A stretch of DNA of 64,000 bases, taken from assembly GCA_951406725.2 (NCBI GenBank), contig OX597815.1, forward strand, positions 178,932,001-178,996,000, read 5' to 3'. The DNA comes from Octopus vulgaris. Taxonomy: Eukaryota. The notes under the pieces were generated by a model, which worked only from the letters and a program-made list of their open reading frames with translations, did not search any database and was not told the origin of the DNA. Numbering within the stretch: position 1 is the stretch's first letter; each line of letters begins with the position of its first letter. The position numbers and the translations under genes were made by a program. Positions 26,113-39,597 of this stretch are shown here, piece by piece.

Positions 26113-26385
26113 AGACTACTAACGAATGCGAAGCTTTACAAAACAACCACGAAACCAACGGCTGAAAGAGGTGGACGCCCAAACTGTGGAACCTGCCCCA
26201 ACCTGCTTGAAGGCTCAGATTTCCTTTGCAAACAAGGACAGAGGTTTACAATTAAAACTAGTTTCACCTGTGCTTCTGAGAACCTAATTTATGTAATAAC
26301 CTGCTCGGGTTGCAGACACCACTATATTGGACAAACGAGTATGACCTTGAGAAAGAGAACCACTCTACATAAAGAGCAAATCCGT
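26113..26385 (+). mobile_element. Penelope-like element GIY-YIG endonuclease fragment
   Basis: Open frame of 91 codons: RLLTNAKL...RPNCGTCPNL...FTCASENLIYVITCSGCRHHYIGQTSMTLRKRTTLHKEQIR, i.e. Cys-rich linker, LIY, CxxC, YIG, conserved R and H. Confidence 0.9.
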
Positions 26386-27247
26386 TTATATATATATATG
26401 TGTGTGTGTGCGTGCGTGTGCGCGTGTGTGTGCGTGTGTGTAAATACAGTTATGTGTATATATATGTATAAACACATATACATGTATATACACATATCTA
26501 TGTATACGTGTATATGTATATATACACATGATTATATATATACCCATATATGTATATATATACAGACACACACATATATATACATATATATATACACACC
26601 TGTGTGTAAATATATACACACACATGTATATATATATATATACACATGTATATATACATATATATACACTCATGTATATATACATATATATACACTCATA
26701 TGTATGTATATATATACACATATGTATATACACATATATATACACACATATGTATGTATATATATATACACATGTGTGTATAAATATATATATATACACA
26801 TATGTGTATATATACACACATATGTATATATATACCCTCACATATGTATATATATACACACGTGTATATACATATATACACACTTATGTGTATATACACA
26901 CATGTATATATATATGTGTGTGTACACATATATATATACACATGTATACACATATATATACCCACATATATATACACATATGCATGCATATATATGTATA
27001 CACAAGTATATATATACACATATATGTATATACATATATATATACACACGCACACATATATACATATATATGTATACACATATATGTATATGTATACACA
27101 CATATATGTATATATACACACATATATGTATATATACACACACATATATGTATATATACACACACATATATATATATACACACACATATATATATATACA
27201 TACACACACATATATACACACACACACACATATATATATACACACAC

Positions 27248-27298
<51 letters not shown>

Positions 27299-27392
27299 CA
27301 CACATATATATATATACACACATATATACACATATGTGTATACATATAGATATGTATACACATATCTATATATATACACATGGGTATATATA
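26386..27392. repeat. ~1 kb degenerate (TA/CA/TG) microsatellite
   Basis: Pure low-complexity sequence; source of the spurious 160-350 aa Y/I/H/T ORFs. Confidence 0.95.
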
Positions 27393-27589
27393 GGCCTGTC
27401 AAACTGTCCAACCCATGCTAGCATGGAAAACGGACGTTAAATGATGATGATTTTGATTATGAATGACATTGTTGGGTAAGTGTGAGAGGCCGAATCTGGC
27501 CAGTTTGAACGCAAACCCCGTGGAATATTTAGGCCGGATATGGTTCGTTTAAGTGTTAAAGGGTTAACATGCGCGCGCGCACAGTCTCC

Positions 27590-28060
27590 CGGATACTGAC
27601 ACGAGCGTATCCTCGCAAGGTAAGCGTATCCAACGCATCAGTGTTGTTCTGTGCTGGAAATCTCAGAATATAGATATATTCTACGGAAGCAGCGAAGACT
27701 ATGCTAGCTGGGTCCTGTCCATTGTAGGGAGGATAGTTGCATCCAAAAGAATACTGTGTGTGGAGAACTCATCGAAGAAGAGAACCATTCGCCATCCCTG
27801 TGCTTCGAGGATGCTGTATGAAGAACGTAAAAGTGCTGTTTAGAAGAACCTTGCATATGACCGACCAAGTGAGATGGAAGGTTATCTTGAACTGGTGTCT
27901 CAGGTGAAGAGAAGAAAGGCAGGTGGATGCATCAGCAAAAAAACCAGACACAGAAAGGAGCTCAGCTGACCCGGAACTAGGCGCAGGTACGACCCCTGCA
28001 ACAGTTCTATCTCTTCAGCATTGGTCTCCTCATTCACAAGTAGTGTTGCTTCTGTCAAAC
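27590..28060 (+). mobile_element. Old RTE/BovB-like LINE 3' relic
   Basis: Broken motifs L..LGPVHCREDSCIQKNTVCGEL, NLAYDRPS and a terminal CNSS..SIGLLIH zinc-finger-like tail. Confidence 0.55.
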
Positions 28061-28108
28061 AAAACGTTGAACAAGGACACAACTCATGTATTTTAACAAA
28101 GATTTGTG

Positions 28109-29386
28109 GGTGCTAGTATAAGTATGCGGTCTACTACGTTGTCTACCCTTACAAAATACTCGTTATCATCTCACCTTGCAGTTTATCTTCCATTGAAATG
28201 TTGCTGAAAGATTTTTATACAAGTGTCATCTTGACAGAGGAAACAGCAGTCACATTTTTAAAAGATTACATTCTGCTGGATACACAAAAAGGAGCAGATC
28301 CCTGTCATCGATGCAGTGCTGCCATGCAGGAAAAACGAGAGAGACAGAGGTGGACAATTCAGGCCTGTACTTCGTTGTCCTCGAAAGGGGCGTCAGATTT
28401 CACGTTCAGTTCGCAAAGGAAACCAATTTTTCCATTATACGGATATTAACAACAAAAACTACAAGCTGAGCCTAAGTGAGATTTTAGAACTAGTATTTTT
28501 ATTGGTCCTGGATATACCCAAGACCATAGCAGTGACTAACAGTAAAATCTAAAAATACAATGTCTGATACAATATTTGCCGCGAGGTGTGTGGGGGCCAT
28601 TGTTTATCATGAACGACAAGGGAAGATGGTTGGAACAAACGATAACCCCATTCAGATCGACGAAGCAAGATTTGTTGGTCGACGAAAATACAATTGAGGA
28701 AGAATGCTGAATGGCGATAAGTCTCCTCCCTTCGAAGACAGTGATGCAGAAGAACGAAACAACAGGAATCATGGACGTAGAATTGATGGGTCATGGGTTT
28801 TTGGTTTGAAACAAGGCCCAGACTGTCGATACTTTTGTGTGGAATGGCATGACGGGAACAGTCTGATCCCAATTATTGAGAGAGAATGTGAAAAAGGTTC
28901 ATTAATTCATTCAGATGAGTGGCCTGCTTATAATAATTCAAATGTCATAGGTTATCACCATCTGACAGTGAACCACCGACGACCATTATGAGGGTCCAGT
29001 GACCAGAGCATACACTCAGGCCATTGAGTGGTCATGGTTAGATGCTAAAACTATGATTCTAAAAAAAAAAAAACGAGGCGTTGGTTCTGAGCTTTTCCAG
29101 TCATATCTTCATAATTTCTGCTGGAAGATGATGAGGAAAGACTCAGATGATCTATTTTTATCGTTCCTTTATGACATAAGAAGTGTTTATCGTGTAATTT
29201 CTTTATCATATAGAACAATATGAGATTCAATTTTTCTTATTTGTGTAATCCCTTTATAATGTAGAAGTGTTCTATCTCTTAAATATCTGAAGTTTTTTCA
29301 TCTCTGAAATATCTGTAAATATCTGAAAGATAAAGGTAGATAACCCTGTTTGACATCGTCGTAGACCGCCATACTATACTAGCACC
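28109..29386 (+). mobile_element. Full-length Merlin (IS1595/ISXO2-like) DNA transposon, transposase pseudogenised
   Basis: TIRs GGTGCTAGTATA(A)GTATG(G)CGGTCTAC; perfect 8-bp TSD GATTTGTG (28101-28108 / 29387-29394); motifs IQIDEARF..RRKYN, WVFG, LIPII, IHSDEWPAY, HLTVNH, TQAIE, YL..FCW; TGA at 28695 and frameshifts. Confidence 0.95.
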
Positions 29387-29409
29387 GATTTGTGCAGACG
29401 TTCTCGCCA

Positions 29410-30501
29410 AGCGTCCTTATAAGATTATTCTATGAATCCGTATTCGGTTTCTATGACTGTTTCAATGCGAGACTGGAATCGTTGACATGCCTGCACCAAA
29501 CGGTCCTTATTCATTTCGGATATCCTACAATGATAGCCGTCAGTGAAACTACGGGATTGTGAGGATGTCAATTAAGTCTCCCTTTCAACAATGTTTCAAA
29601 CATCGCAGCCAATGGGATTTTGATGTTATATGGTTGGAAAGATTATTTGACCTCCATTCTTGGGTTGTGTGGATTTCGCGAGAAGATGCCGTGTCAGAAA
29701 CACGCATGGCTTTCACTGCGTACGTCATCCAACTGTCTTTAACTTCCCAACGTATCCAGCAGCATTAATTCTAAGATCCCGTGGGAAAATGTGAGGTGGA
29801 ATGACATGACCTTCGTTCCCCACCACTTCTAAAACCATCAGAGTTACTGGAAACTTAGTGTGCACCGCTCTGTGACATCAGAATGGTTTGTATGTAACCA
29901 TCTTTCATTTCTCCTGTTAGACTTTTGGCCTTGGTCGAAGTTTTTGTCATCAGAGATAGACCAAAGCATGTCGTAATCACGAAAGTTTTAAACAGGTGAG
30001 TAATTGTTTGGCACGAATCAAACTGTTTTCCTGTGTCTTTTGCAGACATAAATTGGCCTCTCCTCAGTGCAAACGACTTATATTGAACGTCTTTGTGCAC
30101 CGTTGTTCTGATAGTCCGACACCTGAAGTTCTTTGGTGATGGCTTTCATTGATTTTCCGGAATCATTCTCAACTAATTTTTCTCGATTCGTTGGACGAAT
30201 TGCGATGTCCGAACGCTTAGAAAATTTCTTTTCACTGTGATACAGCTGAAACATTCCTATCAGACGCTTCTAGTTTCATCGGAAAATTATCTACAAAAGA
30301 TCTTGCAATATTTAAAAAAAGTTGGCAATTTCTAAATCGCTATGATTTGCACATATGTCAATAATGACTGCGTAACTTTTCATTTCTTGTATTAGCATTT
30401 GATCTGCCATGGGAGAGCTGGAAGAAATTAGAACCTTTTAAATGGTCTGAAGAGAGTAATATGCTGAGAATTAAGTGTCCTTAAATGGCCCTAGCATCCT
30501 G
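29410..30501 (-). mobile_element. mariner-type (DD37D-like) transposon relic
   Basis: Fragments DVQYKSFALRRGQFMS, WFISDDKNF, TTQEWRSNN; C-terminus LVQACQRFQSRIETVIETEYGFIE* (stop at 29425-29427). Confidence 0.75.
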
Positions 30502-32585
30502 TTTTTAATGTCTACTTTACACGAACAAGTTGAATAATATGATATTTATATACAAGCGTCACTTGCGAGACGGAAGTATTGCGTTCATGTTATAATATGA
30601 TACGGAAAAGAAAAAAATGTAAAGTACAGCATAAGATATTTATGTGGCTATGTGGAAAGAAGCATGCTTCTCAACAACATAGTTCTGGGTTCAGTCCCAC
30701 TGCGTGGAAACATGAGCAAGTGTCTTCTATTATAGCCTCAGGCCGATCAAAGCCTTACGAGTGGATTTCACAGACGGAAACTGAAAGACGCCTGTCATCT
30801 ATCTGTCTGTCTGTCTCTCTCTTTCTATCTGTCTGTCTCTCTGATGTTGGTGTGTTTACGTCCCCGTAATCTAGCGGTTCGGCAATAAAGACGGATGGAA
30901 TAAGTACTAGACTTACGAAGAATAAATCCTGGTGTTGATTTGTTCGACTAGAGGCAGTGCTCCAGCATGGCCGCAACAAGTAAAAAGTAAATAAGTAAAA
31001 AAAAAAGAAAAATATTAGGAATTATATTTCTCTTATTTTGTTTCAGTCATTTGACTGCGGCCATGCTGGAGCACCACCCTCAGTCGAACAAATCGACGCC
31101 AGGACTTATTCTTTGTAAGCCTAGTACTTATTCTATCAGTCTCTTTTGTGGCACCGCTAAATTACGGGGACGTAACCACACCAACATCGGTTGTCAAGCG
31201 ATGGTGGGGGGGACACAAACATACATACATATAATACACATACACACACACACTCACACATGTTGCAGAAGTATAACCAAATTATTGCACATAAACTTTA
31301 ACGACTAAATCTTATAAGGACCCCTAAGGGCCATATATAACCCTAAGGGCTATATGGACCCCTGCTGAGAACCACTGGTTTAGAGCATTGGATAGAATGC
31401 GTTTTAGTATTTATTGCGACTCCCTGTAGTCTGAGTTCAAACCCTACTAACAACAGCCTTGCCTTTTATCCCTCGGGGTCGATTAAAAAAGTAGCAGTCT
31501 AAGAGTGAAGGTGGGGTAGATTAACGGAAGTGTTAAAGGGCTTCGGGTAGTGCCTTGTAGTATTTGATCCAGCTCTGCGTTCTGACAGCGCCGCCGGCAA
31601 CAACACTAGCCCCACAAGGTGGATAAGCTCCACTAGGCGGCCCTTTTTTTTTTATTAATATTAGTGTCCTGAGAAAGGGACACTTGCATGCTTCAGCAAT
31701 TGACAGTTTTCCTCAAATACTTTGAGTCAAATCGGTGCATCGTCTCCGTAACTTGGCGGTTCGGTAAAAGATATCGATAGAATAAGTGCCAGACTAAAAA
31801 TTCTTCAAGGCAGTGCCCCAGCTTGGTCGGAGTCAAATGACTGAAAAAAGTAAAAGATAATTGACAAAAGGTAGATATGCACACCTCAATAATCTCGAAG
31901 ACTCAATTTGAAACGAAGAATCAGCGTCACTTTCAAAGTTGTAATAATAGTCCCGAGTTCTTAAACTTATTGTTGCCCGTTCCGAATGATAAGAATGGAT
32001 TTCAAATATATTTGACAGCTATTACTAGCAGATCGAGTAATTACATAGAGAAACTATGCCTATTGGCTTATACAATATTTATTGATCAGTCCTGACCCAA
32101 CCGAGCTTCTTTATGTTATTTGAAGAATATTTTTGGCTGCTGTTTCTAGAGGCCCACACGTCGTATCCGTTATGATCAAGAAGGAAGCACATTAGCGATA
32201 AAGTTGTGAGATAAATTCTTGCAATGATATTGTCGAATGATTGATGATATCCTGTTTGAAAGCCGATAGCCAAGAGACGGAAGAAGTTAAAGTATGTGTT
32301 TGGGAAATATTAGAATTTAGGAAGCAGACGAATAAATTACATTCTACTTAATCGGTGATTGCAAAAACAAGACGCAGAAACAATCAATGAAACACATTGG
32401 AAAAATCCGTCCTGTTGTTGCTCTGTGGTTTGAAAATAGATAAATAGGTTTGAGATGGTTTTCCGATTATTAACAATTAGTTGGTAGGTACCTTGCAATG
32501 ATAAGTGGCTCCCAGCAACTGATATTTTTGTTATTGCGCCCATTCTCAACATCAAGGAAATTGATTTATTCTTGCGAATTTAGAG

Positions 32586-32793
32586 CAGCGCTTCTCAACC
32601 TTTTAAAAATCCGGGTCAAATCCCAAACCCAGATCTTTTTAGGGAGCCGCAGCAAAAAAAAAAAAAAAAAAGAAAAGTAAAACACAAGATAACTAAAAAA
32701 AATTATAATTTATTGTGGGAAGGCCGTCTGAAGCCAGCGGAAGGATGCTTGAGGGCCACATGTGGCCCTAGCAGTCACGGCTGAGAACCAGTG
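32586..32793. mobile_element. hAT Charlie-like MITE relic
   Basis: Termini CAGCGCTTCTCAACC / GGCTGAGAACCAGTG; TSD degenerate. Confidence 0.55.
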
Positions 32794-33346
32794 ATCTGGA
32801 TAGTCTAGATTGCGGACATTGAAAGTAATTTAGTTTTCATATAAGTGTTTGTTTATCCTCAAAGATACATTCCTTGTCCAACATTCCCCCCCCCACTTAA
32901 CAACCAACAACAAATCAAAACCAGCAAAGAAAGTCGATGCTCCTCAAAAAGGGATCGACGAGCTGTAAAATGCTGTAAAATACACAACGGAACTGATTTT
33001 AGGTGTATTACGAATCACATCAGCAGGTGAACCAAGTCATCTATAGAAGATGAGATTTATTTGAACAAACAGTTATCTTTTTATGTTTCCATAAAATGTA
33101 TTAAAAGCAATTATTACATTTTAGAATAAAATATCGTGCACAACTACAATAAAACTTTTTTGATTAACAATGATAAAATTGATTCATCACGCTTTTAAGT
33201 GTTCTACATAAATTTTGTCATTAATATGTAAATAGGCTATAAGAACTTAATCGAAAACTACATCTAGACTTTATAGAGACCTTGCTTATACACACATATA
33301 TACACACAAATACGTATGTATGTACGACGTATATATATATATATAT

Positions 33347-34186
33347 AGTAGCTGATTTATCCAGTAATTCCCAGGAAAGCGGGGCTTATCCGTTGGTTCC
33401 GTTCTCATAATTGTTTCGCTAATCCAACAACAACAATATAAAATATGTAGCCCTTAAAACGGTTTTTGTGCATTTGCGGATAATACCGAACTGTCTTACA
33501 CAGGATCTTGTTTTTAGGAATTCTCAATAAGTTATGAATATCCAAATTGTGAAGTCAGTTATGTAATAACATGAAATTAGTTATCCGATAGTAAGAATTT
33601 GAATAAAGTAGCCTCGAAAAGGGCTTTAATGGGTTCCCAGAGTATATAGAACTTAGGAGGAAATACTAATAAGGTATGTATACTAAAATCATGAAACATT
33701 TTACGTAATAACAGGCTAATCAGATATGAGATAACAATTCAAAGTAAATAACTCTGAAAAGGGGTTTTGTGCGTTTCCAGAGCATATTACCCTCAGCAGC
33801 GCTAGCGCTGGTATATTCATGAATAAGTCACTAACCGAAATAAGTGGATCTATTGTTTAGGAAAATACTATTTACTTGTTTAAGAGTTGTACTGGATAAA
33901 TTGCGAAAATAACTATTTTCCCATGGCTATATATAAGGATCCCTTCTAGGGGTGAATGGGTTATTTCCCTTGGTTTTTAAAATAAAATATATTAGATATA
34001 TATATATAAGGATCCCTTCCAGGTGCCCTATTATCGATTTTTCAACAATCCGAGTATGCCGTGAGGTTTCCAGACACGAGTTCTACTCACGTGTCAAGTT
34101 TCATCAAAATCGATAAAACGACGTAGGAGTTAACTAACAACTCCACAAACACACCTACAGATAGAATTTCCCACATATGTAGTAGA
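33347..34186 (-). mobile_element. Helitron-like non-autonomous element (degenerate)
   Basis: Right end AAGTTTCATCAAAATCG...ATATGTAGTAGA|T resembles the Helitron/DINE-like ends seen elsewhere in the window; internal repeat ATATATAAGGATCCCTTC. Confidence 0.45.
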
Positions 34187-34228
34187 TATATGTATATGTA
34201 CGACGTATGTATAAATAATGATATATAC

Positions 34229-34401
34229 AAGGCGCAGGAGTGGGTGTGTGGTAAGTAGCTTGTTTACCAACTACATGGTTCCGGGTTCAGTCCCACTGCG
34301 TGGCACCTTGGGCAAGTGTCTTCTACTATAGCTTCGGGCCGACCAAAGCCTTGTGAGTGGATTTGGTAGACGGAAACTTAAAGAAGCCCGTCATATATAT
34401 G

Positions 34402-34443
<42 letters not shown>

Positions 34444-34644
34444 TGTGTGTGTGTTTGTGTGTGTGTGTTTGTCCCCCTAGCATTGCTTGACAACAGATGC
34501 TGGTGTGTTTATGTCCCCGACAAAAGAGACCGATAGAATAAGTACTGGGCTTACAAAAGAATAAGTCCCGGGGTCGAGTTGCTCGATTAGAGGCGGTGCT
34601 CCAGCATGGCCGCAGTCAAATGACTGAAACAAGTAAAAGAGTAA

Positions 34645-34645
<1 letters not shown>
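34229..34645 (+). mobile_element. SINE family A, near-consensus copy
   Basis: Same organisation as 1659-2078. Confidence 0.9.
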
Positions 34646-34710
<65 letters not shown>

Positions 34711-35744
34711 TTCTTGTTCTTTTGGCCTTAGATATACAAAGATTTGATAAACTAGTCTATAAATTAAAACTGACCCCATAAAAGAGTGATAAGCAAAATC
34801 TGTAACAAGTCTTTCTTCCTGATACCTTAGTAGCTTCTAAGCTGAATTCAAGACAGCATCTTCTTTGTCTATCTCCTTAGCTTCTTGGATATTTTAGGTA
34901 AAATTATACTAATGTGTCCATCTGTTTTAATTTCATTAAATTCTATGTCTTTATGCAGCTGAGGATTGCTCTGCATTTTAAATTGATGTAATGATTGCAT
35001 TGTTCAATTAAATGGAGTTGCTTGAAATGCTCATACTGTATTACTTCTGGATATCCTTGTTGCTTATTTTGATTATATATATATGTATGTATAGTATGTG
35101 TATATATATATTATATACACCGATACTACTCATTTAATGTTACCTAAATACCAATGGGAAAGTCTTTATTCCGTATTGGAAAACATTCTACATCAGTGAG
35201 AAGTTAAAAAAACAAAAACGAAACAAGATATGGATACATACAAATATACATACATATTAACATACGTATATACGAGCATACATACAAGTATATGTAGATA
35301 CAAACTTGCATGTATACACACACACATACATGCATGTACACATATCTGTCAGTCAGTGAGTCTGTCTGTCTGTCCATCCATCCATCCATCCAAACACGCG
35401 CGTGCACACACGCATTCTTTTATTTGTTTCAGTCATTCGACTGCGGCCATGCTGATGCACTGTCTTTAGTCGAACAAATCGACCCCAGGACTTATTCTTT
35501 GTAAGCCTAGTACTTATTCTATCAGTCCCTTTTGCCGAACCGCTAAGTTACGGGGACGTAAACACACCGACGTCGGTAGGGGAACAAACACTGACACACA
35601 AACATACTTACACACACGCAAATATATATGACGGGATTCTTTCAGTTTCCGTCTACCAAATCCACTCACAAGGCACGCAGTGGGACTGAACCCGGAACCA
35701 TGTGGTTGGTAAGCAAGCTTCTTACCACACAGCCACGCCTGTGG

Positions 35745-35781
<37 letters not shown>

Positions 35782-37709
35782 CTTCCATGCTTTAGTCATT
35801 GACTGCAGTCATGCATATATCCATCCATCTTTATATGGACACACACACACACACACAATGTTTATGCATGTATAGATATGTGCATGCATGTCTATGTGTA
35901 GTATGCATGTATGTATGAATGTGCAATTGCGTGTGTGTGTGTGTGCGTGAATGTGCGCATGTGCATGCCTGTATGCAGAGCTATAGATTCAAAGCTTCCA
36001 CGCTCAAGAGTTCCACCCTTAACAGGTTTTCACGCTGCAAAGTAATAAGTCGACAAATAGGATTTATTTTCCGCTATACTTTCGGTAATTTTATTTCCTT
36101 CCTTTATTTAATCAGTGAATACGAAGTAAGAAACAATACTAGGATCACGCTGCGAATGCCACAATATGTAGCGAAGCCAAAAGCTGTAATATAAACATAA
36201 CAGATACTTTATGTTGAGAAATAAGGAATACACGTTGTGCCAATAAAAACATTTAACTTGGACAACAGTTACCTTTAAAAGACTATATTTTCGTATTAAA
36301 GGAAAAAAGAAAACGAAAGAAAAAAAGGAAGGATATGTTGAATTTACATGATTTTAGGTAAGTGTGAAAATATGATGAAATATAGAACGTTTTGACAACA
36401 AATCGTCTTGATCAGAGCTCACGACCGTCGTTGACACTGTCTTCTTCTTCTTCTTCCAATCTGGACTCACGCCATTAGCCACGAAGAATGATCTCCAATT
36501 CGAGCCTACTCTAAGCTACTAAGAATGCGTGTGGCAACTTGAAGATCCACCCTCCACACGCGATAGACTGGCGGTCTCACGGGCGCGAAAGCTGCGTTGT
36601 TATCCTCATTCCGTAAACGGTGGTTTTTTAACGGGTGGAGAGCTGCACCATCCTGGGGGTACAAAGGATTCGCAATCTAGACTAGGGTCTGAAAGTTTAC
36701 CACACCATAGTGGGTTACACAAATATTTCCTCTGCTTTGTGACAGGAGTAGGAAGAAAGAGCGAGAGAAAGTTGTGGTTAAAGAGTACAGCGGGGTTCAC
36801 CATCCACCCCCGCCGGAGCCTCGTGGATCTCAGGTGTTTTTGCTCAATAAACACTCACAGTGCCCGGTCTGGGAATCGAAACCGCGTTCTTACGACCTAT
36901 TTCTTTACTACCCACAAGGGGCTAAACACAGAGAGGACAAACAAGGACAGACAAACGGATTAAGTCGATTACATAGACCCCAGTGCGTAACTGGTACTTA
37001 TTTAATCGACCCCGAAAGGATGAAAGGCAAAGTCGACCTCGGCGGAATTTGAACTCAGAACGTAGAGGCAGACGAAATACCGCAAAACATTTCGTCCGGC
37101 GTGCTAACGTTTCTGCCAGCTCGCCGCGAGTCCATTGCCCTAACCACTGGGCCATTGCACCTCCACTGTCGCTGTTGTTGCCGTCTGCAGCCACTGCCGT
37201 CGCTTCCACTGCCACCCCGACCACAACTACTACCCCCAGAGAAAAGAAGAGGAAGAACAGCAACGAAAACAAAATATAACCGTAGAATCCAATCTTCACG
37301 GTTCAGCTCACTGACTATTTCATATCGATATTCCATCATAGACACACTTCGATAACACACCTTGCTCTGAGGCATACCTCACTGTTATTTCCATACGATT
37401 AAAAACGTTTAAACAAAACCTCAAAACTTTTTCTCGCAAAGTCGATTTATTTGACTCATAGAATTTCCATCAGCCACAAGATCAAACCGATACATGCAGA
37501 GTTGTGATAGCTAATTCCAGCCAATTGGAAAAGATTCCTTTTGTGCGTCTGCTCATTTCAAACTTCTTTTCCCGTCCTTTCCCACTTTATAAAAAGTTTT
37601 TGTAGGTTAGTAGAAAATTGCCGCAGTTGCGGCATGCTTTACGTCGCATTGCAACATGCGAAGAGATCATTTTCTTACTCATACTCCCCCATTCTCTAAA
37701 ATTCTCGAC

Positions 37710-37969
37710 ACTGCAAAGAGCACATTGATAAATATACAAATTATAAGGAGTCGTCCTCATTTACTCTTCAGCTTCAGACAGCAAAGAACGCTCTCTTCCA
37801 CATACGCAAATATATTGCTGGGCTCAAATCTTATTTGCAGACCCATGAAAAACGAATCTTCACAAACTATTCTGTCTATATGTCTGTGCACACTTTTCAA
37901 TGCCGCGTATGCAAAAAGGTCTGCAATTTTAACGGAGGCCCCAAAAGACATTTTAAGATCAGAACTTAA
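37710..37969 (+). pseudogene. Degenerate C2H2-type zinc-finger coding relic (RTE C-terminus or ZNF fragment)
   Basis: ...IAGLKSYLQTHEKR...FQCRVCKKVCNFNGGPKRHFKIRT*; ligand residues partly lost; no clear splice sites. Confidence 0.45.
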
Positions 37970-39053
37970 CTACAGCTCTTGGTGATCCAAATCAGATATG
38001 CAATGTATGTAGGTGTCTTTCCAATGTATTGTCTGGTTAAAAAAGCCACATCAGATGCCATGATGATTCTAAGGTGTAACTACAAGAGGTGGTCAGACTC
38101 TGCATAAGGAGTAGACAGCCACTATATATAAATCCAAAAAGGGGAACAAGAACGCAACAGACGACAATATAACATCCGGACAGATAGACGGTACAAAGAC
38201 GGACAAGAAAAAACAAGAACGGGTCATTCGCAGTCTTCTCTCCTCATCAGTCAAGTTTCCAAATCATCCTTACAGTTTCGGTCGGTTACGCTCGGGACTG
38301 TTCAAATCTGGCTGGCCCCCAAAATCTAAGCTAAGAGCAATAAATATTTTGTGGAAAAAGTAAGCGAATGTGTACGACAACAAAGACAAAAAAAACCCCC
38401 AAGAAAATGTTACACAGTTATAAATACAAACAACAAGAAAATAACAGCATGTGTCTATCGACTAATAAGTCTGCAGAGCGAAAGCCTTGAGGCGGGAGCA
38501 TACGAGATGAACATATTTATATAAATATGTGTGTATGCATGTATGCGCGCGCGTGTGTACGGCATTTTCTCCATGAATGCAAGAAATGCCAGGCACTCTG
38601 CACTTGCTTAAACTATCTAAATGAATGAACTAAAAAAATTTTTTTTCAGTCTAAATCATTCTTTTTTACGAGAGACTCTTGGAATGAGGTTAATTAAATT
38701 CTACATGTACCGTGTTTCAATTATATGGGCATGGTTTTTAAAATTGCATTTTGTTTGCTTCAGTTCTAAGCGTCGCTCCTGATATAAACGCACACAACAC
38801 TACACACAAATGCAAACATGTGTGCTGGCACATATTGAATCGAAATGAACAGAATGAGAGAGAGAGAGAGAGAGGCGGGGGAGGGGAAGGGGTGTTAAAA
38901 CAGGAGAAAGGGGAAAAAAAAAAGCAACAGTAAGAAAGAAAAGGAGCTCGAAGAGATTGTTATTGGTTACGTTACTGTTAGATTATTTAAACTTCATAGA
39001 ACAATATAATACGCACCATAAAAATCAGCAGAAATTAGAAAGTTATTTGTTAC

Positions 39054-39597
39054 AGATCTTTTTTTCATTATTTACATTTGACAGATATTTGTTCTCATCT
39101 CGTTTCTTGCTAACACAACGTTTCGGTTGATATACCCTCCAGCCATCATCAGATGTCGTGGGGGGAAATTTCGAATCTGGGTTCTCATTCCTACGGTATT
39201 TTTTGATGCTATTATTATTATTATTATTATTCAGGTCACTGCTTGGAATCGAACTCGGAATCTTGGGGTTAGTAACCCGCGCACGTAAACACTACGCCAC
39301 GGGAATATGGCGTAGGGGTTAAGAGCGCGGGTTACTAACCCCAAGATTCCGAGTTCGATTCCAAGCAGTGACCTGAATAATAATAATAATAATAGCAGCA
39401 TCAAAAAATACCTTAGGAATGAGAACCCAGGTTCGAAATTCCCCCAAGACATCTGTTGAAGGCTGGAGAGTATATCAGCCGAAACGTTGTGTTAACAACA
39501 AACAAGATGAGGACAAATATCCGTCAAATGTAAATGATGTAAACAATGTACATAATTCCCCATCTCTTAAATATAGAACTGTAAGATCTTTTTTTTC
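39054..39597. mobile_element. Head-to-head inverted dimer of a tRNA-headed, hammerhead-containing short element, with TSD
   Basis: Minus copy ~39067-39300 and plus copy ~39308-39583 separated by GGGAATA; flanking direct repeat AGATCT7-8C (39054-39066 / 39584-39597). Confidence 0.85.
39112..39157 (-). ncRNA. Minimal type I hammerhead ribozyme motif
   Basis: GACAU-CUGAUGA-u-GGCUG(loop)CAACC-GAAA-CG-UU-GUGUU; core intact, one stem II mismatch. The plus-strand partner has a mutated core (CUGUUGA at 39453-39459). Confidence 0.65.

Noticed and set aside
25580-27440. Long ORFs of 138-350 aa
   Set aside because: Translations of TA/CA microsatellites (Y/I/H/T/C/V only); only the first 15 residues of the 350-aa ORF belong to the PLE fragment.
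31585-31685. GC stem followed by a poly-T run, resembling a bacterial terminator
   Set aside because: Eukaryotic context; more likely a tiny MITE remnant (GCCGCC...GGCGGC).
34740-35070. Possible decayed PLE RT thumb region on the minus strand (GYPEVI)
   Set aside because: Only one short motif amid stops; insufficient support.
38221-38310. CUGAUGA and GAAAC on the minus strand
   Set aside because: The order and pairing do not build a hammerhead; probably an unclassified repeat.
39308-39375. Functional tRNA genes (also the family A and C heads)
   Set aside because: A/B boxes are present but the acceptor and anticodon stems are imperfect and the sequences continue into repeat bodies; these are SINE heads.
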